Shown here piece by piece: positions 23,528 through 32,744 of a stretch of 64,000 bases of DNA. Made by a program: the position numbers and the translations under genes. Where the stretch lies: the NCBI GenBank assembly GCA_049317265.1, contig JBMOIP010000022.1:6718-70717 (forward strand). The letters are read 5' to 3'. This DNA comes from Bacteroidales bacterium. Its GTDB lineage: Bacteria > Bacteroidota > Bacteroidia > Bacteroidales > FEN-979. The notes beneath the pieces are model-generated. The model was not told the origin of the DNA. It did not search any database and saw only the letters and a program-made list of their open reading frames with translations. Each line of letters opens with the position of its first letter. Within the stretch, counting starts at the first letter, position 1.

Positions 23528-24556
23528 ATGAGAAAGAAGATCTTCAGGATGATTTTTTTCTTTCTGCTGGTTAGCATAGCTGTTTTTTTGCTGCTGGTTT
23601 TCTATCCAAGGAGTTATCCTGTGCCTTCCATGCAACCCAGGAAGAGCAACCTCTTCTGGACATTATCTACGGGATCACGAATAGCTTATACCTTTATTCC
23701 TGCCAAAGGAATTAAAACAGCATACCCGGTAATTTACCTGCATGGCGGACCAGGCGGCTTTATCACCGATGCGACAGTTGATCGGTTTATCCCAGTGGCA
23801 GAGCAGGGATTTGACGTCTGCCTTTATGATCAGATCGGCAGCGGACATTCAGAAAGGCTTGAGAATATCAATGAATATACCGTTAGCCGGCATGTAAGGG
23901 ATCTCGACGAAATCATTAAAAATATCGGTTCAACAAAAGTGATCCTCATCGGGCAGTCGTGGGGTGCCATACTTGCCTGTTTGTATGTGGTTGACCATCC
24001 CGACAAGGTGGAGAGAATGATCTTTACGTGTCCGGGTCCCATTTATCCAATCAGAAAGGAGCTTAAGAGTATTGTACCTCCTGATAGCCTGCAAATGAGA
24101 AAACCGATTTTTTCAAACAGGCAGGCCAATGAAAAAACAGAAAATTTAAGGAGTAAGGCGGTGTTCCTCTGGGCAAAGATTTTCGGACGGAAGCTGGCTT
24201 CGGATAAGGAGATGGACGACTTCCAAACCTTGCTGTCGAACGAAACGAATAAGTCTACCGTATGCGACACATCGAAATCCGTTAAGGCAAAAGGTGGCGG
24301 GGGATATTACGTGGAAATTATGACGATCAGCGACCTTTTTTCATTGCCTGATCCAAGGCCCCGGTTGAAAAATTGCCAGATCCCCTTGTTCATCATGAAA
24401 GGACAATGTGATAGCCAGTTGTGGGGCTGGACGACTGAGTATCTCGAACTATTTCCGCACCATAAAATGGTTGTCATTCCCAATGCCGGTCATTCGGTTT
24501 CCATTGAACAACCGGCGCTCTACATGAAAACGTTACTGGAATTCCTGAATGAATAA
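23528..24556 (+). CDS. Membrane-anchored alpha/beta hydrolase, prolyl-aminopeptidase (S33)-like
   Basis: N-terminal TM 'IFFFLLVSIAVFLLLVF', oxyanion 'LHGGPGG', nucleophile elbow 'GQSWGA' and C-terminal 'NAGHS'. Confidence 0.75.
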   Translation: MRKKIFRMIFFFLLVSIAVFLLLVFYPRSYPVPSMQPRKSNLFWTLSTGSRIAYTFIPAKGIKTAYPVIYLHGGPGGFITDATVDRFIPVAEQGFDVCLYDQIGSGHSERLENINEYTVSRHVRDLDEIIKNIGSTKVILIGQSWGAILACLYVVDHPDKVERMIFTCPGPIYPIRKELKSIVPPDSLQMRKPIFSNRQANEKTENLRSKAVFLWAKIFGRKLASDKEMDDFQTLLSNETNKSTVCDTSKSVKAKGGGGYYVEIMTISDLFSLPDPRPRLKNCQIPLFIMKGQCDSQLWGWTTEYLELFPHHKMVVIPNAGHSVSIEQPALYMKTLLEFLNE

Positions 24557-24580
24557 AATCTTTCAGCAAAAAAAAATGAT

Positions 24581-27184
24581 ATGATCACATTTCACCTGAA
24601 TAGCAGTAAGATAATCTACCTGGAAGACGAAAACCGGACTCTTCTTGAATACCTGCGTGATGAGGCAGGTATTACCTCGGTAAAAGACGGTTGTTCCGGG
24701 CAGGCTGCCTGCGGGGCTTGCATGGTGGAAATTGACGGTAAAGCCAGGTTATCGTGTACCAGGAAGATGAAGTTTCTGGAAGGTGCCCGGGTCGTCACCA
24801 TGGAGGGTATTCCGGATGAGGTCCGCGATGTGATTGCCAGGGCTTATGTGGAAAAAGGTGCGGTACAATGCGGATTTTGTACTCCCGGCCTGATCATGCG
24901 CACCAAAGTGCTTTTTGCTGAAAACCCTAACCCTGACCGGGAGCAGATCACCAGGGCGATCAACCTCAACCTGTGCAGGTGCACGGGGTATGTGAAAATC
25001 GTGGATGCCATCGAGGCAGCGCTGCAAAACCTGCGGGAACCAAAATCACCTGAGCAAGTTATACGGCAGAATCCAGCCGGGATCGGCCATCCATTGACCA
25101 AATACGAGGCTTACGAAACAGCCATAGGGAAAAGGTTGTTTGTCAACGACATGAGGGTGGAGGGGATGCTCCACAGCGCTCTTCGGTTCAGCGATCATCC
25201 GCGGGCAAGGGTTGTCTCTATCGAAACCACTGAAGCATCCCAAATGGAGGGAGTTATCAGGGTTTTCACGGCAGCGGATGTCCCGGGTGAACGGTTTACC
25301 GGACTGATCATCAGCGATTGGCCATTGATGATTGCCCCCGGGGAAAATACCCGCTATATCGGCGACGTCATTGCCGGGGTTGTTGCCGTGGATGAGGATA
25401 CTGCAAGGAAGGCCGCAGCAATGATCCGCATTGAATATGAGGTTCTTGAACCTGTTACCGATGTTTATCTTGCCATGGAACCGGAATCAGCACAGGTTCA
25501 TCCCGGCAGATCGAACCTTCTTGAAAAATGTATTGTGCGCAGGGGAGAGCCGGTGGAGGAGGCGATCGGGAATTCAAAATTCCAGTCATCCGGCCATTAT
25601 GAGACCCAGCGGATTGAACATGCATTTCTCGAAACAGAGGCGGCATTTGCTCTTCCCGAGGAAGGTGGAATTCATCTCTACAGCCAGGGACAGGGGATCT
25701 ATGTGGATCAGCGGCAGGTTGCTTCCCTGCTGGGATTGGACGACGAGCAGGTACATGTAACGCTGGTACCCTGTGGCGGAGGATTTGGCGGACGCGAGGA
25801 TATGACTGTCCAGGGGCATGTTTCGCTGTTTGCTTTCCTGTTGCAGCAACCTGTGAAATTGCATTTGTCCAGGGAGGAGTCGATCACCATGCATCCAAAG
25901 CGTCACCCGGTATGGATGGATATCTCCCTGGGATGTGATGAACATGGAATGCTTACCGCTCTTAAACTGCGTGCAATCGGGGATTCGGGCGCCTATGCAT
26001 CCGTGGGCACCAAGGTGATGGAACGCGTGGCTGGCCATGCCGGCGGTGGCTATCACCTTCCTTCGGTGGATATTGAATCCCTTACAGTTTATACCAACAA
26101 CATCCCTTCGGGAGCGATGCGCGGTTTTGGCGCCAACCAGGTTGCCTTCGCCCTGGAGAGCTGCATCGACGAATTGTGTGAAAAAGGCGGATTCGACCGC
26201 TGGAAATTCAGGTATGACAACGCCCTCGACAATGGAAAAATGACCGCGACCGGGCAGATCCTTGGACAAGGTGTTGGCATTAAAGCCTGCCTCATGGCGT
26301 TGAAAGAACACTACTATGCCGCCCGTTATGCCGGCCTGGCTTGCGGAATAAAAAATTCCGGGGTGGGCAATGGCATGACCGACTTCAGCGATGTGAAAAT
26401 CAGGTTCCTTGAAAGTGGAAAGGTGCTCATCGAACACGGCTGGACCGAGATGGGCCAGGGTATACAGAACATGGCTATCCAGACCCTGCACCAGGAGACG
26501 GGAATAGATGTCTCACTTATTGATGTGGTGGTCGATACCGACGCCGGTCTTCCTACTGGCATGACCACTTCGTCCCGGGCGACCGCACTGCTCGGAAACG
26601 CCATCATCGATGCATCCGTTGCCATCCGTCAGGACCTCGACCAGTTCACACCCGGCTGCCTGGATATGGAAGGAAAAGCGTTGAGGCATGCCCTGCTTCA
26701 ACTTGCCGGAAATACCTATACCGGTAAATATTATTGCGATTGGACGACCAAACCCGGAGCAGCTGTGGATAAGATCATTACCCACTATTCGTATGGATAT
26801 GCAGCCCAGCTAGTTGTGCTGGACGAAAAAGGAGAGATTGACAAAGTCTATGCTGCTCATGATGCAGGCAGGATCATGAATCCCATGCTCTTTGAAGGCC
26901 AGATTGAAGGCGCGGTGCATATGGGGCTTGGCTATGCACTTTCCGAAGATCTGCCCATGAAAGATGGCAGGCTGATCAGCACAAAGCTGGCGGATTGTGG
27001 GGTGCTCAAAGCCCATCAAACACCCGAGATCATTGTCATAGGTGTGGAAGAAGCCGATCCTGTCGGCCCTTATGGAGCCAAAGGGATCGGGGAGATCGGA
27101 CTCGTTCCGACAGCCGCCGCCGTGGCCAACGCGTTATGCCAGTTTGATGGCGTCAGGCGAAAACGGTTGCCAATGAAAAGGTAA
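24581..27184 (+). CDS. xdhD: XdhD-like molybdenum hydroxylase ([2Fe-2S] domains fused to Mo-pterin domains, no FAD domain)
   Basis: 'CSGQAACGACMV', 'CGFCTPG' and 'CRCTGY' motifs, followed by aldehyde-oxidase/XDH a/b-hammerhead and MoCo-binding domains. The 867-aa single chain matches the selenium-dependent Mo hydroxylase class. Confidence 0.82.
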   Translation: MITFHLNSSKIIYLEDENRTLLEYLRDEAGITSVKDGCSGQAACGACMVEIDGKARLSCTRKMKFLEGARVVTMEGIPDEVRDVIARAYVEKGAVQCGFCTPGLIMRTKVLFAENPNPDREQITRAINLNLCRCTGYVKIVDAIEAALQNLREPKSPEQVIRQNPAGIGHPLTKYEAYETAIGKRLFVNDMRVEGMLHSALRFSDHPRARVVSIETTEASQMEGVIRVFTAADVPGERFTGLIISDWPLMIAPGENTRYIGDVIAGVVAVDEDTARKAAAMIRIEYEVLEPVTDVYLAMEPESAQVHPGRSNLLEKCIVRRGEPVEEAIGNSKFQSSGHYETQRIEHAFLETEAAFALPEEGGIHLYSQGQGIYVDQRQVASLLGLDDEQVHVTLVPCGGGFGGREDMTVQGHVSLFAFLLQQPVKLHLSREESITMHPKRHPVWMDISLGCDEHGMLTALKLRAIGDSGAYASVGTKVMERVAGHAGGGYHLPSVDIESLTVYTNNIPSGAMRGFGANQVAFALESCIDELCEKGGFDRWKFRYDNALDNGKMTATGQILGQGVGIKACLMALKEHYYAARYAGLACGIKNSGVGNGMTDFSDVKIRFLESGKVLIEHGWTEMGQGIQNMAIQTLHQETGIDVSLIDVVVDTDAGLPTGMTTSSRATALLGNAIIDASVAIRQDLDQFTPGCLDMEGKALRHALLQLAGNTYTGKYYCDWTTKPGAAVDKIITHYSYGYAAQLVVLDEKGEIDKVYAAHDAGRIMNPMLFEGQIEGAVHMGLGYALSEDLPMKDGRLISTKLADCGVLKAHQTPEIIVIGVEEADPVGPYGAKGIGEIGLVPTAAAVANALCQFDGVRRKRLPMKR

Positions 27185-27203
27185 GTGCCAACAAAGAGTG
27201 TCT

Positions 27204-27383
27204 CTACTTTGCCGGCTCCCAATAACAATTTTTCGGGGAGGTGATCTTCCCTTCTGTCTTCAACTTCTTCATTGCCTTATCAACCTCTTTCCTGTCGAGG
27301 CCCGATAATTCCACAATTTGTCCTGCACTTACAGGCACGCCAGCCTGTTTGATGGCTGCAAAAATTTTTTCGATATTTTCCAT
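27204..27383 (-). CDS. Small winged-helix DNA-binding protein (59 aa)
   Basis: Start set to '[47 protein letters not shown]'. The upstream part of the listed ORF is a hydrophobic artefact. Confidence 0.55.
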   Translation of the reverse strand: MENIEKIFAAIKQAGVPVSAGQIVELSGLDRKEVDKAMKKLKTEGKITSPKNCYWEPAK

Positions 27384-27556
27384 GCGTTGTTTTTTTTTAC
27401 CAAGAAGGCACCAGGACACAAAGATGCACAAATAATTTTTGATTCAGCAAGGCGATGTAATTTTCTGAAATGGCATTTCGTCACAGTGCATGTATTGGTC
27501 AACTTTGCTACCTTTACCTGTTGAATTGTTAACCGCGAAAAAAACTGACCATCCTG

Positions 27557-28822
27557 ATGATTTTACTTAAAAACGGAACCTATATAGCCTGGCAGACCCT
27601 TGACTTTCACCACACCAATATCCTGGTTGAAGAGGGTGCCGGGGGGATTATTAAATTCATGGATCCGGGAGCTGTTGAACCTGACAATGCCAGGGTCATT
27701 GACTGCACCGGCAGGTTCATCACCAAATCATTTGCCAACGGGCATCACCACGTGTATTCCGCATTGGCCAGGGGAATGCCGGCACCCGCAAAAAATCCCG
27801 GGAATTTTCAGGAGATTTTGCAATACATCTGGTGGAATCTCGACAAAGCCCTCGACCTGGAGATGATCCGTTCCAGTGCGCTTGTAACGGCCATGGCCTG
27901 CGCGAAGAACGGGGTTACCTTTGTGATCGACCATCACGCTTCGCCATTTGCGGTGGAGAATAGCCTGGAGACCATTGCCCGGGCTTTTGATGAAGTGGGG
28001 GTGGCGCATCTGCTTTGCTATGAAATTTCAGACCGTGACGGAATTGACATCGCTCAGAAAGGATTGACAGAAACGGCTGCTTACCTCTCCAAAAGAGACG
28101 GGCTGGTTGGCTTGCACGCCTCATTTACTGTTGGCGATGAAACACTGAAACAAGCGGTAAAGCTTGCTGAGCAGACAAATTCGGGCATTCATGTTCATGT
28201 AGCCGAAGATAGATCCGATGAACAACACTGTGTTGAGCATTACCGTCAGCGGGTGGTTGAACGACTTTCCCGGGCGGGGGCATTACAATTCCCAAAAACC
28301 ATCCTTGCCCACTGTCTGCACCTTGATGACCATGAACGAGGCCTCGTTGAAGGATCCCCGGCTTGGGTGGTGCAGAACATGGAGAGCAATATGAACAATT
28401 CGGTGGGTTACTTTAATTCAAAAGGCCTGGGAAAGCGGATCATGCTTGGAACCGACGGCATGCACAGCGATATGCTGCGGAGCGCCAAAGCAGCCTTCTT
28501 TGCCGGTCACAATTTTGATGACATAGACTACGGGGGAACCTACCAGAGATTCAGAAATGTTCACCATTATCTCGATTCCAACAATATTGCCGGTGATGGA
28601 GATAATAACCTGGTGGTTTTAGATTATGATACGCCAACACCACTGACGGATTCCAACTTCCTGGGACATTTCCTGTTTGGACTCGAATCAGCGCAAATCA
28701 GTCATGTGATCGCAAATGGTAAACTCATCCTGGAAAATGGGAAACTTCTCACAGTTGATGAAAAACAGGTACTCGAACAGTCCAAAATTCAGGCAAATCG
28801 GCTATGGAAAAAAATGAAGTAA
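27557..28822 (+). CDS. ssnA: SsnA-type amidohydrolase
   Basis: 'ANGHHHVYSALARGM', 'WWNLDKAL', 'VIDHHASP', 'HVHVAED' and 'MNNSVGY' parallel my recollection of E. coli SsnA. Confidence 0.85.
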   Translation: MILLKNGTYIAWQTLDFHHTNILVEEGAGGIIKFMDPGAVEPDNARVIDCTGRFITKSFANGHHHVYSALARGMPAPAKNPGNFQEILQYIWWNLDKALDLEMIRSSALVTAMACAKNGVTFVIDHHASPFAVENSLETIARAFDEVGVAHLLCYEISDRDGIDIAQKGLTETAAYLSKRDGLVGLHASFTVGDETLKQAVKLAEQTNSGIHVHVAEDRSDEQHCVEHYRQRVVERLSRAGALQFPKTILAHCLHLDDHERGLVEGSPAWVVQNMESNMNNSVGYFNSKGLGKRIMLGTDGMHSDMLRSAKAAFFAGHNFDDIDYGGTYQRFRNVHHYLDSNNIAGDGDNNLVVLDYDTPTPLTDSNFLGHFLFGLESAQISHVIANGKLILENGKLLTVDEKQVLEQSKIQANRLWKKMK

Positions 28823-30156
28823 GCCGAATCCTGGTCAGGAACGGAACCCTGGTTGATGCAAGTGATTCTTGCAAAGAAGACCTGCTCATTGAAAACGGAA
28901 AAATCTTAACCCGGGGAAAGGTTGACAATGCTATTTCAGGAGATTGTCTCGAAATTGATGCATCCGGGAAATATATCATCCCCGGGGGAATTGACCCCCA
29001 TGTTCACCTTGCCCTTCCGACTCCTGCGGGAAAATCGTGTGATGATTTCAAATCTGGAAGTGTAGCTGCATTGGCCGGTGGAACTACCTGTTTCATGGAT
29101 TTTGTCACACCAAAGCGTGGACAGTCCCTCATGAATGCATTGAAACTTCGCAGGGCAGAGGCATCTGAAAGCCTTACCGGATGCGGACTTCATATGGGTA
29201 TCAGTGAATGGAACCCGGCCATAGCGGCAGAGATCATCCCCAGCATGGAAACACATGGGATCAGGTCGTTCAAAGCCTACCTGGCCTATAAGGAGTCTAT
29301 CGGGATCGGGTACGACGATTTATCGGAACTGATGCAGATCGTTGGTCCTGCAGGCGGACTGGTCATGGTGCATTGTGAAGATGGGGAGATGATCAGCCGG
29401 CTGCAAAGAGAGTTGCTGAGTGAAGGAAAAACCCGGCCTTGTTATCATGCCCTTTCGCATCCTCCGGAGGCAGAGATTATAGCCATCAGAAAGGTTATCG
29501 AACTTTCGGCCAGGACAGGCTGCCCTGTTTATATTGTTCACATTTCGACCCGGCAGGGAGTTGAAATGGTTGCCGCGGCCAAAAGAGATGGGCTCAAAGT
29601 GTTTGCCGAGACTTGTCCGCACTATCTCCTGTTCGATGATGGTGTTTATGATCCCGGGCTGGATGACTGGAAGGTTATGCCCTACGTACTCTCCCCGCCA
29701 ATCAGGAAAAAAACGGACCAGCAGAGACTATGGCAAGGGTTATCGGATGGAACTTTCGATGTGGTGGCTACCGACCATTGCCCGTTTAACCTTCACGGGC
29801 AGAAAGACAAGGGAATAAAGAATTTTACCAGGATCCCCAATGGCGCAGGAGGCATACGGCACCGGTTGAAATTGCTCTATACGTATGGTGTATTGCCTGG
29901 AAAAATTTCCATCAACAAGTTTGTTGCTCTTACTTCAACCCGTCCGGCTGAGATCTTCGGTTTGGGACACTGTAAAGGGACACTACTTCCCGGCTATGAT
30001 GCTGATATCATGATCTGGAATCCCAACCTGAAGGAAATAATTTCAGTGACGGATCAGCCACGAACCTGCGACTCAGAAATTTACGAAGGTTTTGCCATCC
30101 ATGGAGGCCCTGATACGGTAATCCTTTCAGGCAAAATCGTCAATCGTCAATCATAA
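28804..30156 (+). CDS. hyuA: Dihydropyrimidinase / D-hydantoinase family (HyuA/YgeZ-like)
   Basis: 'GGIDPHVHL', the carboxy-lysine context 'IRSFKAYLAY', 'VHCEDG' and 'ATDHCPF'. The 19-nt overlap with ssnA suggests coupling. Confidence 0.85.
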   Translation: MEKNEVSRILVRNGTLVDASDSCKEDLLIENGKILTRGKVDNAISGDCLEIDASGKYIIPGGIDPHVHLALPTPAGKSCDDFKSGSVAALAGGTTCFMDFVTPKRGQSLMNALKLRRAEASESLTGCGLHMGISEWNPAIAAEIIPSMETHGIRSFKAYLAYKESIGIGYDDLSELMQIVGPAGGLVMVHCEDGEMISRLQRELLSEGKTRPCYHALSHPPEAEIIAIRKVIELSARTGCPVYIVHISTRQGVEMVAAAKRDGLKVFAETCPHYLLFDDGVYDPGLDDWKVMPYVLSPPIRKKTDQQRLWQGLSDGTFDVVATDHCPFNLHGQKDKGIKNFTRIPNGAGGIRHRLKLLYTYGVLPGKISINKFVALTSTRPAEIFGLGHCKGTLLPGYDADIMIWNPNLKEIISVTDQPRTCDSEIYEGFAIHGGPDTVILSGKIVNRQS

Positions 30157-30171
30157 AATCGTCAATCAGGA

Positions 30172-31365
30172 TCACGCAATCCTGCTTTTGCTCTTGTGTT
30201 CGATCTGCCTGAGCAACCGTGCAGGATCTTTAAAACGGTTGGTAAGCATCATGGCCGCAATGATATAAGGTTTGTAACCAGCCTGTTTATAAAGAGGAAT
30301 GCGGTAGCGTTCAAAAACGGTAGCGGCTACTTCTCCCTCCGTGCATGAAACACCGGAGATATCTGCCGGGAGGCAATGCATGTACAATGCCTTTCCTTCG
30401 TTGGTCAACTTCATTTTATCTTCTGTACACTCCCAGTTCTTATATTTTGCATTGTTGGCCAGGCACTCTTTTTCCAACCCTTTCAGTCCGTCATGGTCGC
30501 TCTTCCTGAGAAGTTCTGTTCTGCGCTGCATCACATGGAATGGCGCCCAACTTTTAGGATAGACGATGTCGGCACCGGAAAATGCCTCTTCCATGGTGTT
30601 GACTACCCTGAAATTTCCACCACTCTCCTTCGCCTGTTTTCCGGCAAGTTCCACCACATCGGGGATAAGTCCGTAACCTTCCGGGAAGGCCAAGTCAACC
30701 TCCATCCCGAGCCGGGTCATCAAGCCAATGATGCCTTGAGGAACAGATAAGGGTTTACCATAGCTGGGAGAGTAGGCCCAGGTCATGGCGATCTTTTTGC
30801 CCTGTAAATTTTCAAGCGAACCAAAAACCGATTTCAGATGCAATAAATCGGCCATCGATTGAGTCGGATGGTCGATGTCGCACTGAAGGTTGATAATACC
30901 GGGGCGCTGGGGTAATACGCCATCAGCGAATGCTTCATCGAGTGCGGCACCCACTTCGCGCATATAAGCGTTACCGGCACCGAGGAACATGTCGTCGCGG
31001 ATGCCAATGATGTCGCTGAGGAAGGAGATCATCGCCGAGGTTTCACGGACAGTTTCACCGTGGGCGATCTGCGATTTGCCTTCGTCGAGATCCTGGACTG
31101 CAAGTCCCAGCAGATTAGCGGCGGAGGCAAAAGAGAAGCGCGTACGGGTCGAGTTATCGCGAAACTGCGAGATGGCAAGTCCTGAATCGAAGCAACGGGA
31201 AGAGATGTTCCGGTCGCGGAGCATCTTCAGGTCTTCAGCCACAGTAAGTATTGTTTCGAGGTCCTCACGGCTCTTTTCCCAGGTGAGGAGGAAGTCTTTG
31301 CCGTAGAGCCCGGCAGAGACAGCATCTGGCCCTGTGGCCAGTTCATGGATGGTTGTGTTGGGCAT
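30172..31365 (-). CDS. ygeW: YgeW-type (knotted) carbamoyltransferase
   Basis: 'KDFLLTWE', 'STRTRFSF', 'DEGKSQIAHGETVRET', 'CDIDHPTQSMADL', 'AMTWAYSPSYGKPLSVPQGIIGLMTR' and 'HCLPADISGVSC' are nearly colinear with remembered E. coli YgeW. Start set to MPNTTIHE at 31365. Confidence 0.9.
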   Translation of the reverse strand: MPNTTIHELATGPDAVSAGLYGKDFLLTWEKSREDLETILTVAEDLKMLRDRNISSRCFDSGLAISQFRDNSTRTRFSFASAANLLGLAVQDLDEGKSQIAHGETVRETSAMISFLSDIIGIRDDMFLGAGNAYMREVGAALDEAFADGVLPQRPGIINLQCDIDHPTQSMADLLHLKSVFGSLENLQGKKIAMTWAYSPSYGKPLSVPQGIIGLMTRLGMEVDLAFPEGYGLIPDVVELAGKQAKESGGNFRVVNTMEEAFSGADIVYPKSWAPFHVMQRRTELLRKSDHDGLKGLEKECLANNAKYKNWECTEDKMKLTNEGKALYMHCLPADISGVSCTEGEVAATVFERYRIPLYKQAGYKPYIIAAMMLTNRFKDPARLLRQIEHKSKSRIA

Positions 31366-31392
31366 ATTGGGTTGTGTTTTGATTAGAAGGTG

Positions 31393-31460
31393 GAGACGGG
31401 GCACGTTGAGACGGGGCATGCCCCGTCTTTACATTGCTGAGACGGGGCATGCCCCGTCTC
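31393..31460. repeat. Tandem GC-rich palindromes GAGACGGGGCATGCCCCGTCTC (one half copy and two full copies)
   Basis: A 20-bp perfect palindrome at 31409-31428, a 22-bp perfect palindrome at 31439-31460, and a half copy at 31393-31404. Located between the ygeY stop and the ygeW start. Confidence 0.9.
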
Positions 31461-31461
31461 T

Positions 31462-32655
31462 CTACTCTGATAGATAGTAGGCCAGCGCGGTATAGAAAGC
31501 CGAGGCTGCCACCAGGTCGCTCACCGGTACCTTTTCGTTGGGGGCATGGGCCAGCACTTCATTGCCAGGGCCGAAGCCGATGCAGGGGATTTTATAATAT
31601 CCGTTGATCGTTACTCCGTTGGTGGAAAAGGTCCATTTGTCGGTAACAGGTTCTTTCTCAAACAGCCCGGCAAAGGCTTCCTGTGCACGAACAACCAGGT
31701 GGTGATCCTCTTCAATTTTCCAGGTAGGATAATACTTTTCCATGCCATAGCGAAGTCCGGTATAGGCTGTTTCTTCGTACTGCAGTACTTCGATCTCCGC
31801 CTCCAGGTCTTTAAGGCACTCGCTGATCTCAGCCACGGCTGATTCCTTGGTTTCGCCCCAGGTGAGCCTGCGGTCGAGGTGAATGCGGGCGTAGTCGGCA
31901 ACTGCACATAATGAAGGACTTCCGGAGATAAATTCGGAGATGGTAACGCTCCCTTTTCCAAGGAAATCATCCGATTTAAGGCGTTCGTTCAGCTTTTCGA
32001 TCTCCAGGCAGGCGCGGGAAGCCATGTAGATCGCGTTTTTGCCGCGTTCCGGCGCCGATCCGTGGGAGGATATTCCCCTGAAAGAGACGGTAATTTCCAT
32101 TCTTCCGCGGTGTCCGCGGTAAATATTAAGGTTGGTAGGCTCGGTGATGACCACAAAATCAGGAACGATCTTCTCCTCCTCCACGATGTACTTCCAGCAA
32201 AGCCCGTCGCAATCTTCTTCAATGACTGTTCCCGTGAAATAGATCGTAAGGTCGCGGTCGAAAGCGAGTTCTTTCAGGATCCTTCCAGCAGTGACGAAGG
32301 CAGCAGGGCCGCCTTTCTGATCAACCGTTCCCCGGCCATGGACAAAACCGCCGCTGATCTCTCCCGAAAAGGGATCGCTGGTCCAGTTGGCAAGGTTTCC
32401 TGTATCAACCGTGTCAATATGGCCATCGAATGCCAGTATTTTAGCGCCGTTTCCGATGCGGCCTATTACATTTCCCAGCCCGTCGGTACGCACTTCGTCA
32501 AAACCGGCTTCCAGCATCTGGCGTTTCAACTCTTCGGCCATGGCTTGTTCTCCAAGACTGAGTGATTTTATTTTAACGAGTTTTGAGAGGTTTCCCGCGG
32601 TATAATCTTTATAGGATTCAGCAAGTGAGTTGATTTTTAAAAGCAGTTCTTCCAA
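31462..32655 (-). CDS. ygeY: YgeY-type M20 peptidase/deacylase ('selenium metabolism hydrolase' family)
   Basis: 'GHIDTV', 'GRGTVDQKGG', 'TGTVIEEDCDGLCWKYIVEE', 'YRGHRGRMEI', 'HGSAPERG.NAI' and 'DKWTFSTNGV' parallel remembered E. coli YgeY. Confidence 0.9.
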   Translation of the reverse strand: MEELLLKINSLAESYKDYTAGNLSKLVKIKSLSLGEQAMAEELKRQMLEAGFDEVRTDGLGNVIGRIGNGAKILAFDGHIDTVDTGNLANWTSDPFSGEISGGFVHGRGTVDQKGGPAAFVTAGRILKELAFDRDLTIYFTGTVIEEDCDGLCWKYIVEEEKIVPDFVVITEPTNLNIYRGHRGRMEITVSFRGISSHGSAPERGKNAIYMASRACLEIEKLNERLKSDDFLGKGSVTISEFISGSPSLCAVADYARIHLDRRLTWGETKESAVAEISECLKDLEAEIEVLQYEETAYTGLRYGMEKYYPTWKIEEDHHLVVRAQEAFAGLFEKEPVTDKWTFSTNGVTINGYYKIPCIGFGPGNEVLAHAPNEKVPVSDLVAASAFYTALAYYLSE

Positions 32656-32744
32656 AGTTCAGTGAATTTAGTTGTTAAAGCAGCCGGTAAAGTTACAAAT
32701 CTTCGTTGTATTCCTTGTTATATTGGTATCTGCTGCTGTAAAAA

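Noticed and set aside
30131-30171. ATCGTCA heptamer, three copies, at the hyuA 3' end and the convergent junction with ygeW
   Set aside because: It is short and lies mostly inside the coding sequence (...KIVNRQS*). It has no dyad symmetry and no flanking U-tract, so it is probably a chance low-complexity stretch.
31366-31419. N-terminal extension of ygeW (MPRLNVPRLHLLIKTQPN) in the ORF track
   Set aside because: The upstream Met lies in the centre (CATG) of one of the GC-rich palindromes. Remembered YgeW homology starts only at 'MPNTTIHELA...KDFLLTWE'.
15429-32655. In-frame TGA (selenocysteine) codons in the selenium-associated enzymes
   Set aside because: All cluster ORFs are continuous at the expected lengths, with no pair of adjacent same-frame ORFs split by TGA. 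The selenium link for this family concerns a labile cofactor, not Sec.
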